A DNA stretch of 64,000 nt from assembly GCA_903944345.1 (NCBI GenBank), contig CAJARJ010000021.1, positions 5,528-69,527 on the forward strand, given 5' to 3'. The position numbers and the translations under genes were made by a program. This document shows positions 17,427 to 27,381 of the stretch, in pieces. Under the pieces are notes generated by a model. It saw only the letters and a program-made list of their open reading frames with translations, had not been told where the DNA came from and did not search any database. The stretch is from Candidatus Omnitrophota bacterium (GTDB taxonomy: Bacteria; Omnitrophota; Gorgyraeia; Zapsychrales; Fredricksoniimonadaceae). The first letter of the stretch is position 1; every line of letters begins with the position of its first letter.

Positions 17427-18398
17427 ATGGATTTTCCATATCTTGATTCTGCTGATACCCCTCAGATTGCGGCATTATGGCTCAGGAACAATTATGCGCC
17501 CGCCGTTCCTCGAACCCAATTGATCGAGCATATTCGCTGGAAATATGATTCCCGACGAGCTGTGATTTACAGCCAAAGGGAAGAGGGCCGGATTTTTGCC
17601 ACAACAGGCTACTTAAAGGGATCTTTCTGCAATGGAAACAGCATTTTTAGTATTGGTTGGGGCATGGACTCTCTGATTGATGAGCCGTTAAGAGATGGTC
17701 GTGTGTTTGCCTTTATGCGTGTATTGCGCTCTACCATGCGTTCTGCCGAGCACGAAATTCTGGTTGCTTTTGCCAACAAGAACGTTCACGACACCTATTT
17801 ACGGATTGGTTTCCAGCCTTGGAATGGTTTTTTCTTTTATCAGGCAAAGCTGCAAGCCGGGATGGTGCTGCCAGTTCGACCCGACAGGGGGTTTGATCTT
17901 TTATGGAAAGATGAGCTGGATGTGTCGGGGGCTGAAGCTCTGTTCAGGCGAACGCAGGGGTTTTATCAGGGGATCAGTCCGAGAGACAAGGAATATCTGG
18001 ACTGGCGTTATGGTCAATGTCCTTTTCGTCGGCATGTGTTTCTGCATGTTTATCGGCAAAGGGTTTTGGTTGGATATTGTGCGGTACGCTTTGTTTTGCA
18101 ACCGGAATCGCGGACAGGCTATATTGTGGATCTTCTGGATTCTCCCGACGATGATGCCGTGCTGGAGGTTATGTTGCTGGAGCTTATGGCACGTTGCCGG
18201 CAGCGAGAAATTGCGCAGATCGAAACTGTTTTGACGAATGGGCGGATTTCACAGGGACTGTTGCGTTGTGGATTTTTTCGGCAGCAGCAGGAAACTGTGT
18301 TGGTGTGGCTGAAGAGTGACCGGGCACGCAGGTTTTTTGAACAGGGTTCGACAGGCATGCATTTGACGATGAGTGACGGCGATTATGATATGGAATAA
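17427..18398 (+). CDS. GNAT-family (tandem GNAT-like) acyltransferase
   Basis: WKY, GWGMDSLI, AFAN, RDKEYLDWRY..CP, GYIVDL, terminal DGD. Confidence 0.7.
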   Translation: MDFPYLDSADTPQIAALWLRNNYAPAVPRTQLIEHIRWKYDSRRAVIYSQREEGRIFATTGYLKGSFCNGNSIFSIGWGMDSLIDEPLRDGRVFAFMRVLRSTMRSAEHEILVAFANKNVHDTYLRIGFQPWNGFFFYQAKLQAGMVLPVRPDRGFDLLWKDELDVSGAEALFRRTQGFYQGISPRDKEYLDWRYGQCPFRRHVFLHVYRQRVLVGYCAVRFVLQPESRTGYIVDLLDSPDDDAVLEVMLLELMARCRQREIAQIETVLTNGRISQGLLRCGFFRQQQETVLVWLKSDRARRFFEQGSTGMHLTMSDGDYDME

Positions 18399-18444
18399 GT
18401 TAGGTAGTGGGCAAGGTTCGCAATGGCCCCGGAAGGAGAAGAGT

Positions 18445-19296
18445 ATGGTTGGCGTTCACCGCAAGCCGCTGGATATAGAAGAAATGATGACAACGTGCGG
18501 CGGGTTTGTACGCTATTTTGGCACCAATGAACCGGTGTCGCATATTGCCAGTGTCCTGGAGAAAACAGTATTCCGTCGGGTTTTGGCTTGCTGTGGAGGA
18601 GGGGATCAGGCTTTGACATTGCTCGGGCTGGCGGGGCGCCCTTCAGAAATTTATGCGTTTGACATGAATCTGGCGCAGCTGTTTGTTCTGGCCTGCAAGG
18701 CCCAGCTCTTCAAGGATAAGAAAATGAAGACGTATGCTCCTTCTTTCGATCGGATCAGCCGGTTGAACATGGGAAGAATTCGCGCCCTTCCTAATGATGT
18801 TCGGCCCGTGGATACGCTGCTGACTATTCCAGGAGAAAGAAAGATTGCGCTGGAACATGTTTTTGCCGGCCGGTTTGGCTACGAGGTCGACACCGGGATG
18901 CACGATTTTCTCAAGAAGAATATTTACTGGGCAGATGATGCGCGTTTTATTTCCAGGATTCGTTCCGGATTGCCGGCGCTTAAAGGAATTCATTGTGATT
19001 TGCTTTCCTTGTCGGACTGGTTTGCGCCGGATTATCTCGATGTGATATATGTGTCGGATATCCCTTTGCACAATGCTATTCCTTATTATCTGGAAAGACT
19101 GCGTTGCCTGGTGGATTGTCTGGCGCCGGGTGGATTGTTTATTGGCAATCTGGAGGATCAGGCGGTTCTGGATCGCTGCCCGTCGGTGATTGAGGTGATG
19201 CGCAGTTATAAGGATTTGTTCGGGTTAGTGGAGTTCAGGAAAACAGGACAAATTCTGGCTTTACGCAAGGTGCGGCCTGTCAGAAGTATTGGATAA
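18445..19296 (+). CDS. BtaA/DUF3419-like SAM-dependent transferase (paralogue of 8413)
   Basis: GGFVRYFGTNE, VLACCGGGDQALTLL, AFDMNLAQL, DVIYVSDI. AGGAG RBS before 18445. Confidence 0.6.
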   Translation: MVGVHRKPLDIEEMMTTCGGFVRYFGTNEPVSHIASVLEKTVFRRVLACCGGGDQALTLLGLAGRPSEIYAFDMNLAQLFVLACKAQLFKDKKMKTYAPSFDRISRLNMGRIRALPNDVRPVDTLLTIPGERKIALEHVFAGRFGYEVDTGMHDFLKKNIYWADDARFISRIRSGLPALKGIHCDLLSLSDWFAPDYLDVIYVSDIPLHNAIPYYLERLRCLVDCLAPGGLFIGNLEDQAVLDRCPSVIEVMRSYKDLFGLVEFRKTGQILALRKVRPVRSIG

Positions 19297-19303
19297 AAGA
19301 ACG

Positions 19304-20668
19304 ATGCCCCGAGAAATTGCTGTCATTTTTTTTGCGCAGGATGACCGTGTTGTGCCGGTGGATTTGGTTGAGGCCATTGCCTGGTTGGAACAGTCGGGAA
19401 TCAGGCACAAGCTTTACATGCCGGCACGCGGGAAAAGAGGCAGCTGGCGGCAAGCTGTTGCTGAAACTTTGAGCGGAGTCCAGGCGGATGAAGTGTTTGT
19501 ATGTTTTTTGAATGAAAATCATTATCTGGCAACAGCGTCTTTACTTCAGCTGGTCTTTTGTGCAGAGTTTCTCGGGGATAGAGATATTCATGTCTGCCTG
19601 CCGGCTTTAAGTTTGTTTAGGGGGCGGCCTGCGTTGCGGGGGCGTTTTGTCTGGCACGCAAAGAAACTGACGCAGGTTCTTGGTGAACGGCTGGACGGGT
19701 TGAAAAAAGAGCGGTTATTCTCACCGGAAGTCCTTGCCGATGTCACGGTTCGTCTCGGATACAGAAGACAGATCCTTTCGGCTCTCTGGTCGCCGGGGTG
19801 CGGGCACAGCTGTTCGTTTTGTTTTTCCCGTGACAACGGAGAAATGATTGAGCCTGATGCCGGCATTCGTCAGGAAAAACTAGTTTTTCTGCTTGAGCTG
19901 GCGCGTTTAACCGAAGCAAGTTGTTTTAAATTTCGTGATCCTGACTTTCTGGGAGTTCCCGCTAACGCCTGGGAGGCGTTGCGGATTCTTGGTTCTGTCG
20001 CTCCGGGTACAGCGTTTAGATGTAACGCACGACTGGAAGACCTCAATAGAGAGGCACTTGTGCGTCTTGCGGACGCCGGATGCTCCCAGGTATTTTCCGG
20101 TGTGGAGCATGTTTCGATGCGCCTGGTGGAGGCGACAGGAAAACAGGAGAAAGTTCTCGGTCTATTAGCGGGCGTGTTGGCCCATAAACCCCGCAAGATG
20201 GATCTTGCCTTGTCTTTTCTGGCCGGCCTTCCGGGAGAGACCTTGCCGGAGGCGAAGGATAATTTGTGTTTGATCAGGAAGTTAATGAAGTTGAAGGGGG
20301 TTAAACCATATCTTGGGTATTATGTTTTGTTTGCCCAAGAGGTCCGGTCAGGGGCTTTTTTCGATCCCTTGCTGGCTTGCCTGAATTTTTCGGCGATTGT
20401 TCCCGAGGGCATGTTTCTGGATTATCAGGATTATTGTGGCCTGCTAAAGACAGTTAGAGAAGATGCTTTTTTCAGTTTTTTTGCTGCTGCCCTTAATCGA
20501 AACAGCGCTGAGGTTATTCGAATGTTGCTGCGCGAATTTAGCGCGGACGCATGCTTGTCTGAGTGCATGCCGATGGCTAGAAAACTGCTTCTGTTGCGCC
20601 CGGAGCTGGCCAATAGAATAATGAGTGAGCTTGGTGCGCCAACGTTTTTGTGCAGGGGGGCTGTGTGA
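19304..20668 (+). CDS. Class B-like radical SAM protein (paralogue of 9272)
   Basis: SPGCGHSCSFC, FRDPDF, ARLEDL, SGVEH, FLAGLPGET, YLGY. Confidence 0.8.
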   Translation: MPREIAVIFFAQDDRVVPVDLVEAIAWLEQSGIRHKLYMPARGKRGSWRQAVAETLSGVQADEVFVCFLNENHYLATASLLQLVFCAEFLGDRDIHVCLPALSLFRGRPALRGRFVWHAKKLTQVLGERLDGLKKERLFSPEVLADVTVRLGYRRQILSALWSPGCGHSCSFCFSRDNGEMIEPDAGIRQEKLVFLLELARLTEASCFKFRDPDFLGVPANAWEALRILGSVAPGTAFRCNARLEDLNREALVRLADAGCSQVFSGVEHVSMRLVEATGKQEKVLGLLAGVLAHKPRKMDLALSFLAGLPGETLPEAKDNLCLIRKLMKLKGVKPYLGYYVLFAQEVRSGAFFDPLLACLNFSAIVPEGMFLDYQDYCGLLKTVREDAFFSFFAAALNRNSAEVIRMLLREFSADACLSECMPMARKLLLLRPELANRIMSELGAPTFLCRGAV

Positions 20669-22155
20669 TCAGATTGGCTGTTGACAAAAAAGTTTCATTG
20701 TCCTCTCTGTGCCCGAAACAGGATTTTTTCGAGGTTCTCAATGGAGCCGGTATCGCGGCTTTTGATGAGCGCGGTTTTTTTAATCGTGTTTATGCGCGGG
20801 AGGCCCTGGAGCTTTATCAGCGGCACGAATTGGGGGCTCTCAGGCAGATAGCCAGCCGGGGGGCAGTGCTTGTTTGTGATGAGGTTCGACAGAGACTGTT
20901 TCTTGTGGCAGACAGCGCCGGGCATTCGACTTTTTATTATCTGTTGCGGCAGGGAGAGCTGATTTTTTCCAGTCGGCTTCAGGAACTGGATGAGTATTTT
21001 CGTTTTGACTTGAGTGAACGCTCTACCGATGAATATCTGGCCTGTGGTTTCATAAGTTCTCCGTTGACCGTTTTTGATGGTGTAGGAAAACTTCCTCCCG
21101 GAGGATATTTATTGCTTGAAAATGGCCGGGTTCAGGTTTCTGTTTGTCGAAAGACAAAGATTCCTGCCAGCGATAAAGTATCGGATAACTATCAACGAGA
21201 GCTTGAGGCTGCTTTTGAGAGTTGCCTGGCTCGAACGGCGGATGCTCCGTCCGGGTTGATGCTCAGCGGTGGTTACGATTCTTCTCTTTTAGGGGAGCTT
21301 CTATTGCGCCGTTACGGTCGGCTGCGGACCTGGGTCGTTGATATGATGGGGTATAATGCGGCAACTGTCCGTCAAGCCCAGGAAATGTCGCGCATTCTGG
21401 GGACAGACCATTCTTGTATTCCGGTGAGTGCCCGTGATTATATGGGATATTTCAGAAAGGCGCTCGGATTGGTTGAGGAACCGCTGCTTGACCTGGATTT
21501 TCCGGTTATTCGTCAGGCGGTGCTGGCGATAGGGAACAAGGCCCAATATGTTTGGCATGGATTTGGCAGTGACGAGGTTTTGGGAGAAAGGGTTATTGAT
21601 TTCAAGGGGGCGCTTACTCTTTTTGCCGCACAAAAAGGGAGGTCATCCTGGAAAGGGAAGATATCTGTGCGTCAGATCGGGCAGGCTTTTCTTGCCACCA
21701 AAGTTCCCCAGGAATTGCGGGCGCATTATCGTTTATGCGAAGCAAGCGGAACTTGCCTGGTTTTTCCGTTTTTTGAACCGGAACTGATTAGTGTGGCAGC
21801 CCGGATGCCAATTAATCTGATGAAAAATAAACGGCTTCTACGAGGGATGTCTTCCCGTCTTCATCAGCTTCTGCCTGTGCAGCCAAGAGAGGAGCGGGGG
21901 CAGATGCCGGCGCTGATCAAGCATGTGCTGATTGAAGGGCACAAGGAGTCCTTGCTGGCGGACAGTTTTCTGGCAGTTTTTATAAAGAAGAACGGCGCTT
22001 CTGCAATTTTTGAGCGCAAGAGTGAAGATTTGCTTTTACGGATGATAGTTTTTCTTGTCTGGAAGCAGGAAAGAGATCGTCGCTTGTCGCTGGTTTTTTT
22101 TGACCCGCGGAGTTCGGGGGCCAGCAGGGGAGAAATAAGTGTTGCCCGCGATTGA
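20665..22155 (+). CDS. Asparagine-synthetase-like protein (GATase-like plus PP-loop domains)
   Basis: LFLVADSAG..FYY, KLPPG, LSGGYDS, HGFGSDEVLG, FPFF. No N-terminal catalytic Cys at the predicted start. Confidence 0.8.
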   Translation: MIRLAVDKKVSLSSLCPKQDFFEVLNGAGIAAFDERGFFNRVYAREALELYQRHELGALRQIASRGAVLVCDEVRQRLFLVADSAGHSTFYYLLRQGELIFSSRLQELDEYFRFDLSERSTDEYLACGFISSPLTVFDGVGKLPPGGYLLLENGRVQVSVCRKTKIPASDKVSDNYQRELEAAFESCLARTADAPSGLMLSGGYDSSLLGELLLRRYGRLRTWVVDMMGYNAATVRQAQEMSRILGTDHSCIPVSARDYMGYFRKALGLVEEPLLDLDFPVIRQAVLAIGNKAQYVWHGFGSDEVLGERVIDFKGALTLFAAQKGRSSWKGKISVRQIGQAFLATKVPQELRAHYRLCEASGTCLVFPFFEPELISVAARMPINLMKNKRLLRGMSSRLHQLLPVQPREERGQMPALIKHVLIEGHKESLLADSFLAVFIKKNGASAIFERKSEDLLLRMIVFLVWKQERDRRLSLVFFDPRSSGASRGEISVARD

Positions 22156-23152
22156 TCATGTCTGGATATTCATTACCGGCCGGTGTAATGTGCGTTGTGA
22201 GCATTGTTTTTTTGCACACAAATCGGAGCGCCTGCGTTTGTCAAGTCGTTCGCAGGACGCTCTGTTTCGCTTTCTGTCTGCTGCCGGCAAGAAACAATTC
22301 ATTATCTCGGGAGGTGAGCCGTTTATGGTATGGCCGGCCACACGCGCGCTGCTACTGCGGATCAGGCAGGCGTATCCGCAGGCGTATTTGTCTGTCCAGT
22401 CTAACGGGTTAATGATGAAGCCGGGACATTTGGTTACGCTTAAATCAATGCGGGCGAATCTGGAGCTTGGCATAGATGGTGATGAGGCGGCGGTGGCCGC
22501 CAGTCGGCGGGGGTTGCCGAGGGGCGGCTTTCAGAGGTTATGCGCATCTTTGTCAGCTGCGCGGACGGCAGGGGTTGGTCTGAGCACAACCATGACAGTC
22601 ACTCCGCAAAATGTGGCGAATTTATCGGATAATTTTATGGCGTTGCTTGGCTTGCGCGCGCGCGCGATTGAGATTCATCCGGCTTTTATGGCGCAGTGGC
22701 GGCGGGCAGAAAGCAGGCTTTTTTTGCAGGGATACCGTCGCGCCCTTGCCAGCGAACTACGAATGGGAGAGCGGGGACTGATTAGCAGGGAATACAGCCT
22801 GCCAGCCAAAGGGGTTTGGGATATGGTTATTCTTCCTGACGGGAAGGTGCTTGCGAACTGGACCTTTTTGTCATTCCCGGAGCATGTGCGTGAACAATTT
22901 GTGGTGATGGATTTATCAAAGAGGGATGGAGAATTCTTGCCGGCGGCGAAGAGCTATTTTTCCGCCTTGCGCAAGTTTCTCGGGCAAGGTTCTGCTCCGG
23001 TTTCGTATCGCCGTTTAAGTAATTTTAATGCCTCTCTGGCCATTTCTGCCTGGGGGAATCCGCAGTCCGGACGATGTTTTAAGGAGTATGTCCGCTTGTG
23101 CGATGAGATTGAGCAGATTGATCTTGCAACCATAAGGAGACGGCCCGCATGA
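22139..23152 (+). CDS. Radical SAM protein (paralogue of 5995)
   Basis: CNVRCEHC, ISGGEPF, SVQSNG, LGIDG, TMTV. Confidence 0.9.
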   Translation: MLPAIDHVWIFITGRCNVRCEHCFFAHKSERLRLSSRSQDALFRFLSAAGKKQFIISGGEPFMVWPATRALLLRIRQAYPQAYLSVQSNGLMMKPGHLVTLKSMRANLELGIDGDEAAVAASRRGLPRGGFQRLCASLSAARTAGVGLSTTMTVTPQNVANLSDNFMALLGLRARAIEIHPAFMAQWRRAESRLFLQGYRRALASELRMGERGLISREYSLPAKGVWDMVILPDGKVLANWTFLSFPEHVREQFVVMDLSKRDGEFLPAAKSYFSALRKFLGQGSAPVSYRRLSNFNASLAISAWGNPQSGRCFKEYVRLCDEIEQIDLATIRRRPA

Positions 23153-24261
23153 TTCGCTATGAGAGTGTGTTTGTGGAGCAGGTTCTGGCTAAAGAGTACG
23201 CAGTGCTGATGCAGGCACTTCTTAAGAATATACAAGGGTTAAACGATATAAAACCTCTTATTCGGGATTTCGAGCAGGAGTTTGCGCAATATATCGGCGT
23301 CAGGCATGCTCTGGCCATCAATTCAGGAAGCGATGGTTTGCGTCTGGTTTTACGGGCGGCCGGAGTGCGTCCGGGTGACGAGGTGATTATTCCCGATCTG
23401 ACCTATCAGGCGGTGGCCCTGGCCGTGGTTTACAGTGGTGCCCGTCCGGTCATAGCGGATGCGTGCTCAGACGATCTAAATATTAGTGCCGCAGATGTGG
23501 AGAGACTTGTAACGCCTCGCACGCGGGCGATTATTGCAGCACATATGTTTGGCCGGGCCTGCAATCTGGACGCTTTACAGGACATTTGTCGCCGCCGGGG
23601 GATTGTTTTGATCGAGGATGTGTGTCAGGCGGAAAGTTCGACTTATAGAGGCAAGATGTTGGGGAGTTTTGGTGAGTTGGCAGTTTTTTCGTTCTCCTAT
23701 TACAAGCCGTTGTCCTCCTGTGGAGGCGGTGGCGGAATGGTGGCGTTTAACCGGGAGGAATTTGGTTCGATTGCAGACTGGCAGAATGACTGGCAGGACA
23801 AGCCGGAGTTGTTGACTAACGGGCAGCGTTTTGCGCCGCTGTCCTTTATGGATCTGGTGGTGCTCAAAGTCAAGTTTTCCCATCTGAAAAAGATTGTCGA
23901 TTCGCGCAAGAAAATCAAGGGGATTTACGAGCGAACCTTGAAAGATGTTCCAGGGCTGGAGCTGTATATTGATCCTCCCGCGACGGATTCGGTTCCGCAA
24001 AACTTTGTAATTGCTTGCGAATGCCGTGATGAGCTTATGCGTTATCTTTTTGCGAAGGATATTATGGTGCAAAAACCGTATATTCCTTTGCATCTTATGT
24101 CAGCCTACCGGACTTTTTCAGGCTCGGATTATCCGGTCAGTGACAGGTATTATCAGAGGGCGCTGCACCTTCCATTGTATTCGTTCATGAGCGAGGAGAA
24201 AGCGCTGCGGGTGGTGGCTGTCTGTCGGGCGTTTTTTGGCGCAAAGGCTGGTCAGAAATGA
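23149..24261 (+). CDS. DegT/DnrJ/EryC1/StrS PLP sugar aminotransferase
   Basis: FEQEFA, NSGSDGL, GDEVI, HMFG, IEDVCQA, FSFSYYK (PLP Lys), LHLPLY. Confidence 0.9.
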   Translation: MIRYESVFVEQVLAKEYAVLMQALLKNIQGLNDIKPLIRDFEQEFAQYIGVRHALAINSGSDGLRLVLRAAGVRPGDEVIIPDLTYQAVALAVVYSGARPVIADACSDDLNISAADVERLVTPRTRAIIAAHMFGRACNLDALQDICRRRGIVLIEDVCQAESSTYRGKMLGSFGELAVFSFSYYKPLSSCGGGGGMVAFNREEFGSIADWQNDWQDKPELLTNGQRFAPLSFMDLVVLKVKFSHLKKIVDSRKKIKGIYERTLKDVPGLELYIDPPATDSVPQNFVIACECRDELMRYLFAKDIMVQKPYIPLHLMSAYRTFSGSDYPVSDRYYQRALHLPLYSFMSEEKALRVVAVCRAFFGAKAGQK

Positions 24262-25376
24262 AGGATTTGCGGGGACGGGATCTGTTGCGGTTACGGGGGG
24301 TGGCGGCGGGACACCCCTTGATCGGTCCACGTTCGGTTAACATTCATTTGACCAATGTTTGCAATCTTGCCTGTCGTTTTTGCTGGTACCATTCTCCTTT
24401 GGTGACTTTTGAGGAGAAAAAGCAAGAGCTGGACATTGCGGTGTTCAAGCGGGTTATTGATGACTGTGCCGCCATGTCAGTAGACGCCGTTGATCTGGAG
24501 GGAGGGGAAGTGGTTTGCTATTCACACGCTGAGGAGGCTTTCCGCTATGCCTCCCGGTCAGGGGTAGCTTTGCATGCCTATACCAATCTCGCCTATGGAC
24601 GCAGGCCCTTGGCTTATATCGCGCTGGCGGATCGATTGAATGTTAATTTCTCAGCGGTGAATCGCGAGTCTTATCGGAAGATGCACGGCGCGGATCATTT
24701 TGATCAGGTGGTGGAGAATATTCGCATCTTGACAAGTCTGCATGCCAAAAAGAAGAAGCCGCGTATCTGGTTGACATTTATTATTAACGAAAATAATTTC
24801 CGGGATATCGAACTTTTTCTGGCTTTGGCGGACAGACTGGGTGTGGAGCATGTATTTTTTCGTCTGTTTGAGGCTACGCTTGAGATGAAATCCCTGGTGT
24901 TCAGCAAAGCATCGGCGCGGGAGTTGGGACCGCTGCTGCTTCGTCTTCTGGGGAGTTCATATAAAATTCCCAATAATCTGGCAGAAATCTCTGCAGTAGT
25001 CAACAATGGGCAGTTTCTGAAAAATATTGTCGATATTCCGCGAACGGCACATAATAACGACCGTTTCTTTTATTATCATAACCTGCGTTCTGCCACCACG
25101 CGCTGTTATACAGGCTGGTTTTTCTCTCTTATAGACGAAAAGGGTCGGGTGATTGCTCCCTGCGACAACATAGGCGTTTGTATTGCGGGTAATGTTTATA
25201 AGGATTCGTTTAGGGATATCTGGTATTCTTCTGAAAAATTCTGCCGTATTCGTCAGGAAGCCCTGCACTGTATTGATACCCGTAAGCGCAAATGGAAAGA
25301 ATGCCGTTATTGCGGTCACGCCGTGTTTAATCAGGAGATGGATGACTTTATTGCGCAAAGAAGGGGCACGTCATGA
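24258..25376 (+). CDS. Radical SAM/SPASM(twitch) protein
   Basis: GPRSVNIHLTNVCNLACRFC, CYTGW, PCDN, GNVYKDSFRDIW, CRYC. Confidence 0.9.
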   Translation: MKDLRGRDLLRLRGVAAGHPLIGPRSVNIHLTNVCNLACRFCWYHSPLVTFEEKKQELDIAVFKRVIDDCAAMSVDAVDLEGGEVVCYSHAEEAFRYASRSGVALHAYTNLAYGRRPLAYIALADRLNVNFSAVNRESYRKMHGADHFDQVVENIRILTSLHAKKKKPRIWLTFIINENNFRDIELFLALADRLGVEHVFFRLFEATLEMKSLVFSKASARELGPLLLRLLGSSYKIPNNLAEISAVVNNGQFLKNIVDIPRTAHNNDRFFYYHNLRSATTRCYTGWFFSLIDEKGRVIAPCDNIGVCIAGNVYKDSFRDIWYSSEKFCRIRQEALHCIDTRKRKWKECRYCGHAVFNQEMDDFIAQRRGTS

Positions 25377-26350
25377 TTCTTGACGCTGCCGAAACGAGAA
25401 AAAGATTTTTGCTGCGCATGGCAGGCGTGCGCGATGGCAAGGCCTATATCGGTCCGGAGATTGTGCATTTGCATATGACCACCCGCTGTAATCTTTCTTG
25501 CGCCTATTGTTCGTATCACCCGCCGGGATATAAAATCGGTCCGGATCGCCCGATGGATTTTTCGTTGCCGCTTTTTTTGCGCCTGATCGATGAAGCCGTC
25601 AAGTTGCGGTCGAACGCGGTGTATTTGTCCGGGGAGGGTGAGCCGACCATGCATCCACATTTTCGAGAGATGATTTCCGCGCTGGAGAAGGCACCGATCG
25701 AGACGACTTTGTTTACAAATGCGACTTATGATCCCCGCCTTTCAGAGGAGTTGGTCAAGGCGGATCGGCTGATTGTTAATTTAAGTGCTGCTAATGCGAA
25801 GAGTTATCTTGAGATGCAGGGTCGGGATTTCTTTGAACGGGTGCTGGAGAATTTACGGATTCTGGTGCATTTACGCGATACGCAAAAGCCCGGCTTGAGG
25901 GTGGAGATTTCATTTATTTCCAACCGCAAGAATGCAGGAGAGCTTCAAGAGCTCCAGAGCCTGGGAAAGCGGCTCGGGGTTTGCGCTGTTAATGATATTC
26001 GGATGCTCCCGACACCGTACAGCGGGGAGCTTGGCCTTGATGTTGACCAGGAGCAGGAGTCTGTCCGGCCCAGGACGGCGTTTCCTTTGTGTTTTAACGG
26101 GTGGTTCTATTTTGTAGTTTCGGTCGATGGCAAAGTCAGTCTGTGTTGTTCGATCGACCGGATGGTGAAAGCTGATTTTCGCAAATCGTCGCTGGTCGAG
26201 ATCTGGAATTCGAAAGAATTCCAGGCCATGCGGGCGGGGGGAACCAGAGGAGTCTTTCATCAGGTTTTTCCGGAATGTCGAAATTGTTTTGCGGATGGGC
26301 GCAATCGCTCGGTTGCCAGAAACCTCGGGATTTTACCTGTATATGGATAA
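25373..26350 (+). CDS. Radical SAM/SPASM(twitch) protein (paralogue of 24258)
   Basis: GPEIVHLHMTTRCNLSCAYC, GEGEPTMHP, CFNGW, LCC, EIWNS, CRNC. Confidence 0.9.
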   Translation: MILDAAETRKRFLLRMAGVRDGKAYIGPEIVHLHMTTRCNLSCAYCSYHPPGYKIGPDRPMDFSLPLFLRLIDEAVKLRSNAVYLSGEGEPTMHPHFREMISALEKAPIETTLFTNATYDPRLSEELVKADRLIVNLSAANAKSYLEMQGRDFFERVLENLRILVHLRDTQKPGLRVEISFISNRKNAGELQELQSLGKRLGVCAVNDIRMLPTPYSGELGLDVDQEQESVRPRTAFPLCFNGWFYFVVSVDGKVSLCCSIDRMVKADFRKSSLVEIWNSKEFQAMRAGGTRGVFHQVFPECRNCFADGRNRSVARNLGILPVYG

Positions 26351-27344
26351 ACTGCAGCTTGACGGCATAACGATCGAGATTACTAACCATTGTCAGCTCA
26401 AATGTGCGATATGCGGTATCGGGGGCGAGGTTTCGCGCCAGCAGATTGCGGCGGATGATTTTGTGTTGATGATGGATCGTTTGCAGGAGCGCTTTGACCT
26501 GCAGTGGGTTTCCGTTACGGGAGGCGAGCCCTTTCTGCATCCGCAGCTGCGGGAAATCCTGAGATATCTGGCGCGGTTAAAATTGCAAAGAAGGCTGGAG
26601 TCTTTCGGTCTTTATACCAACGGAGTGGCAACCCAAAAAATTCAGACTCTGTTGGCACAGGATCGCAAGTTTCTGTCCGGCATGAGGATTGGTGTCAGCC
26701 TGGATGGGTTGCAGCGGGCGCATGACCGCAGGCGGGGCCGGGGGAGTTATTGTAAAACGATGGCGACCTTAAACTGGTTGTCGCGAGAATGTGCCGGTGT
26801 TTATGATCTGGAAGTCAAGTTTACTGTCGGGACAGATAATGTTGGCGAAATGCTTCATGTTTATCGCCTGGCAAATGCTCTTGGGGCCAGGTTTTCTCCC
26901 AAACTTCTGGAGAGCGGCGTGGGTGCTTATTATCATCGCCATGAAGATGGCTCAGGTCCGCTCGTGCTTCCCTGGGGCGACGAAGAGTGTTTGACTCAAA
27001 TTCGTAGTGTTATGCGTGAGGACATCGAGTCGCGCCGCAAGGCGGTGGATCTTAAGGCACTCAAGGTTTTGTTGTGCTTGGTGCGTGATGGAGAGAGGAT
27101 TATACGTCGTTGCCGGACACCGGAACGCTGTCTGTTTGTGACTTCTTGCGGAAAGGTGTATCCATGTCTGTATATGGCACCGGCGGGGACGATTTATTCG
27201 TCAGATTTTCCCGGCGAAGATTTTTTTAAGGAACGTCAAAAGCAGATTGCGACAGGGAAGAATGGAAAGTGTTCGCGCTGTTTTGCCTATCATGGTTTTA
27301 TGAAAGATTTTAATTTTGATCCTGATTTGGGCAATCTGCTTTAG
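26343..27344 (+). CDS. Radical SAM/SPASM(twitch) protein
   Basis: EITNHCQLKCAIC, TGGEPFLHP, TNG, SLDG..HDRRRG, GKVYPC, CSRC. Confidence 0.9.
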   Translation: MDKLQLDGITIEITNHCQLKCAICGIGGEVSRQQIAADDFVLMMDRLQERFDLQWVSVTGGEPFLHPQLREILRYLARLKLQRRLESFGLYTNGVATQKIQTLLAQDRKFLSGMRIGVSLDGLQRAHDRRRGRGSYCKTMATLNWLSRECAGVYDLEVKFTVGTDNVGEMLHVYRLANALGARFSPKLLESGVGAYYHRHEDGSGPLVLPWGDEECLTQIRSVMREDIESRRKAVDLKALKVLLCLVRDGERIIRRCRTPERCLFVTSCGKVYPCLYMAPAGTIYSSDFPGEDFFKERQKQIATGKNGKCSRCFAYHGFMKDFNFDPDLGNLL

Positions 27345-27381
27345 CCGGGATGCTATGTCCGATGCATTCTGAGCTGGGGAA

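Noticed and set aside
20665-22155. Lasso peptide cluster
   Set aside because: An AsnB-like protein is present, but no B2 transglutaminase-like protease or lasso-type precursor is seen.
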